The notes under the pieces are model-generated. The model saw only the letters and a program-made list of their open reading frames with translations. It had not been told where the DNA came from and ran no database searches. Below, piece after piece: positions 61,896-64,000 of a stretch of 64,000 nt of DNA (position 1 is the stretch's first letter; the number at the start of each line of letters is the position of its first letter). Origin of the DNA: Escherichia phage phiWec179; sequence record LC739533.1; one strand, written 5' to 3'. A program made the translations under genes and the position numbers.

Positions 61896-62579
61896 ATGGA
61901 AAATATTAAAATTGGGGTTGGCGTTATCACTGTAGGTGTTCGTCCACTTAAAGATTACATGGTTGCACCTGGTGTAGACTTCAAAGTGTTTCACGATCCC
62001 GATCGTAAAGGTGTAGCTTATGCTCGCAACCAATTAATGAAACAGTTCTACGATGAAGGTTTTGACTACTGGTTCATTTTTGACGATGATTGCTATCCGG
62101 TTAAACGTGGCTGGGAAGAATACTTCGTTAACCAGGCTGTCGAGAATGGTTGGGACTTCTTCGGTATGCCAGAATACTTCAAAGATACTGTGATAGGTTG
62201 TTCTGGAGAAGTAGTCTTCTGGGAATTGGCTATGTGTCAGTTTGCAATGTATTCTCGTGCAACTGTTGAGACGATGGGTTATTTCCGTCCTTATACACAC
62301 GGATATGGTTTCGAAGATGCAGAATGGACTAATCGTCTGAAAGCTTCAGGTTTGAATAAAGGACTCCAGGGCGTACCTTGTCCGATGCGCATTATGGCGT
62401 ACATTCACCCCGACGATGTTTTCGGTGATAACCCTTTACCTTTTGCTAATCTGACAAAAGAAGAGAAAGAATCAGCAATCGGGATCAATTGGGAAGAATA
62501 CAAACTGTCTTTGGAGGATATTAATAATGGCAAAACACACATCTCTTTTGAAGAGGCTGAAGGATATGGCGTTAAATAA
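61896..62579 (+). CDS. GT-A-fold glycosyltransferase-like protein
   Basis: N-terminal IGVGVITVG, DxD-type FIFDDDCYP, downstream GYGFEDAEWTNRL. Confidence 0.5.
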   Translation: MENIKIGVGVITVGVRPLKDYMVAPGVDFKVFHDPDRKGVAYARNQLMKQFYDEGFDYWFIFDDDCYPVKRGWEEYFVNQAVENGWDFFGMPEYFKDTVIGCSGEVVFWELAMCQFAMYSRATVETMGYFRPYTHGYGFEDAEWTNRLKASGLNKGLQGVPCPMRIMAYIHPDDVFGDNPLPFANLTKEEKESAIGINWEEYKLSLEDINNGKTHISFEEAEGYGVK

Positions 62580-63513
62580 GAAACCAACCCTACTGTGTGA
62601 CAACAAATTCAACAGTGGTTGTGATTACCATCGCATTGTCATGCCATTTTCTAACACAGAGATCAAGCCACGTACTGATGTACTGGTCTTTAACCGCATC
62701 TTCTCGAAGGGTGCTGATGAAGTAGCCAAACTTAAGCGCCAAGGTGTTAAGATTGTTGTAGATTTGGATGATTTCTATCAATTGAATCCAGAACACTACC
62801 TGGCGCATCTGTACGCGCCAAACACCCGCACAATCGTGGAAATGGTTAAAATAGCAGATATTGTCATTGTCACAACCGAATACCTGGCGTACAAAGTTCG
62901 TCACTTAAACTCTAACGTTGTTGTGATCCGAAATGCTCTACCGTTTGATGATGGTCAATTCACTCTCTCGAATGATCGTACTTCGGGTACGCCTATCATT
63001 TGGGCTGGAGGTGCGAGTCATGAACCGGATTTACGTTTGCTTTCAAACACTTTTGATGATAGTTTATTGTCTATCGCAGGGTATGAAGCGAGCAGCACAG
63101 TGACAGGGCAAGAGTGGGTTAAGATCCGCCGTAGTTTGCCTAATGCGCAGTATAAACCTGCTGTAGATTCTTTGAATCATTATATGTCTGCATACGATGG
63201 TCATGCTATGGCTGTAGCTCCGTTAGTAGATAACGACTTCAACCATTGCAAGAGCAACCTGAAAGTATTAGAAGCTGGTGCTAAAGGCATTCCAATCGTT
63301 TGTTCTAAGGTATTACCTTACTACAACCCGATCGATGCCCGTGCAGTAACCTTCGCAGATAGCAAAGCAGAGTGGCACTATGAAGTTGTAAAACTACTTC
63401 GTAATCCAAACTACCGCGAAGATCGTGGACTGTTCTTGGCTGAACATGTTCGTACTCACTACAACTTGAAGGATGCAAACGAATTGCGTCGTCAAGTGAT
63501 CGAAAGTCTGTAG
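62566..63513 (+). CDS. glycosyltransferase-like protein (tandem paralog 1; start uncertain)
   Basis: start at 62566 chosen by alignment to paralog N-terminus (alternative 62527); CDYHRIVMPF, DLDDFYQ, NALPFDDGQFTLSNDRTSGTPIIWAGGASHEPDL. Confidence 0.45.
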   Translation: MALNKKPTLLCDNKFNSGCDYHRIVMPFSNTEIKPRTDVLVFNRIFSKGADEVAKLKRQGVKIVVDLDDFYQLNPEHYLAHLYAPNTRTIVEMVKIADIVIVTTEYLAYKVRHLNSNVVVIRNALPFDDGQFTLSNDRTSGTPIIWAGGASHEPDLRLLSNTFDDSLLSIAGYEASSTVTGQEWVKIRRSLPNAQYKPAVDSLNHYMSAYDGHAMAVAPLVDNDFNHCKSNLKVLEAGAKGIPIVCSKVLPYYNPIDARAVTFADSKAEWHYEVVKLLRNPNYREDRGLFLAEHVRTHYNLKDANELRRQVIESL

Positions 63514-63519
63514 GTGTTT

Positions 63520-64000
63520 ATGGGACAAATTATTCTTGACAATCGTGGTGGAAAAGAATATAGTGTCTGTGATTATCACCGAGTAATGCTGCCTTACACA
63601 AGGCAGTTCTCGGCCCAACCGTCACAGAACGTATATGTCTTTAACGGTGTCCCTACGAAAGGGAAACAAGGCTTCATAGCCCTTAAGAGCATGGGCTTTA
63701 AGATGGTAATGGATTTGGATGACTCTTTAAACATTCCCCAAGGCCATATGCTGGAAGACATTTTTGATGCAGGTATTCGAGAAGACTTGCAATGGTTCCT
63801 CGAACGCAGTGATCTTGTAACGACAACAACCCCTGCTCTCCAGGTGGAATTGTCCCAGTACAATCCTAACGTGCATATTATCCCAAATGGTTTACCGTTT
63901 GACGAGGATCAGTTTACGTTAACTCGTGATCGCTACTCCAAGTCCCCTGTAGTTTGGGCTGGAAGTGAAACACACAAGCAAGACCTGGCTCTACTACCGA
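63520..64000 (+). CDS. glycosyltransferase-like protein (tandem paralog 2; 3' end beyond window)
   Basis: AGGTG + ATG; CDYHRVMLPY, DLDDSLN, NGLPFDEDQFTLTRDRYSKSPVVWAGSETHKQDL. Confidence 0.45.
   Translation, partial: MGQIILDNRGGKEYSVCDYHRVMLPYTRQFSAQPSQNVYVFNGVPTKGKQGFIALKSMGFKMVMDLDDSLNIPQGHMLEDIFDAGIREDLQWFLERSDLVTTTTPALQVELSQYNPNVHIIPNGLPFDEDQFTLTRDRYSKSPVVWAGSETHKQDLALLP

Overview
Dense, almost gap-free phage-type coding sequence with no host housekeeping genes. My reading is a large virulent T4-like phage region; this is an inference from the NrdD (604 aa) / NrdG (156 aa) pair, the hyperplastic small-gene arrays and the repeated promoter/stem-loop cassettes, not a database result. Layout: (i) 1-15.6 kb, about 50 small minus-strand genes including a 9-copy paralogous family and a serine recombinase; (ii) 15.6-17.05 kb, a 1.4 kb ORF-free region full of palindromes and iteron-like repeats; (iii) 17.06-29.56 kb, about 40 small minus-strand genes, most preceded by a near-identical promoter + 5'UTR hairpin + SD cassette; (iv) 29.56-30.9 kb, a GC-rich island with operator-like palindromes and direct repeats; (v) 30.9-36.4 kb, minus-strand NADAR, P-loop ATPase and a zinc-ribbon/T5orf172 gene; (vi) 36.6-64 kb, plus-strand operons with a UvrD-like helicase, nrdD-nrdG, then an accessory block of HAD phosphatase, phosphoribosyltransferase, macrodomain, TerC-like, SprT-like, TelA-like, vWA and TerD proteins, a SleB-like hydrolase and glycosyltransferase-like genes. 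The most unusual content is this phage-borne Ter-like module with its linked nucleotide/ADP-ribose enzymes. All calls rest on motif recognition by eye; no searches were run. No tRNA, rRNA or CRISPR array was found.
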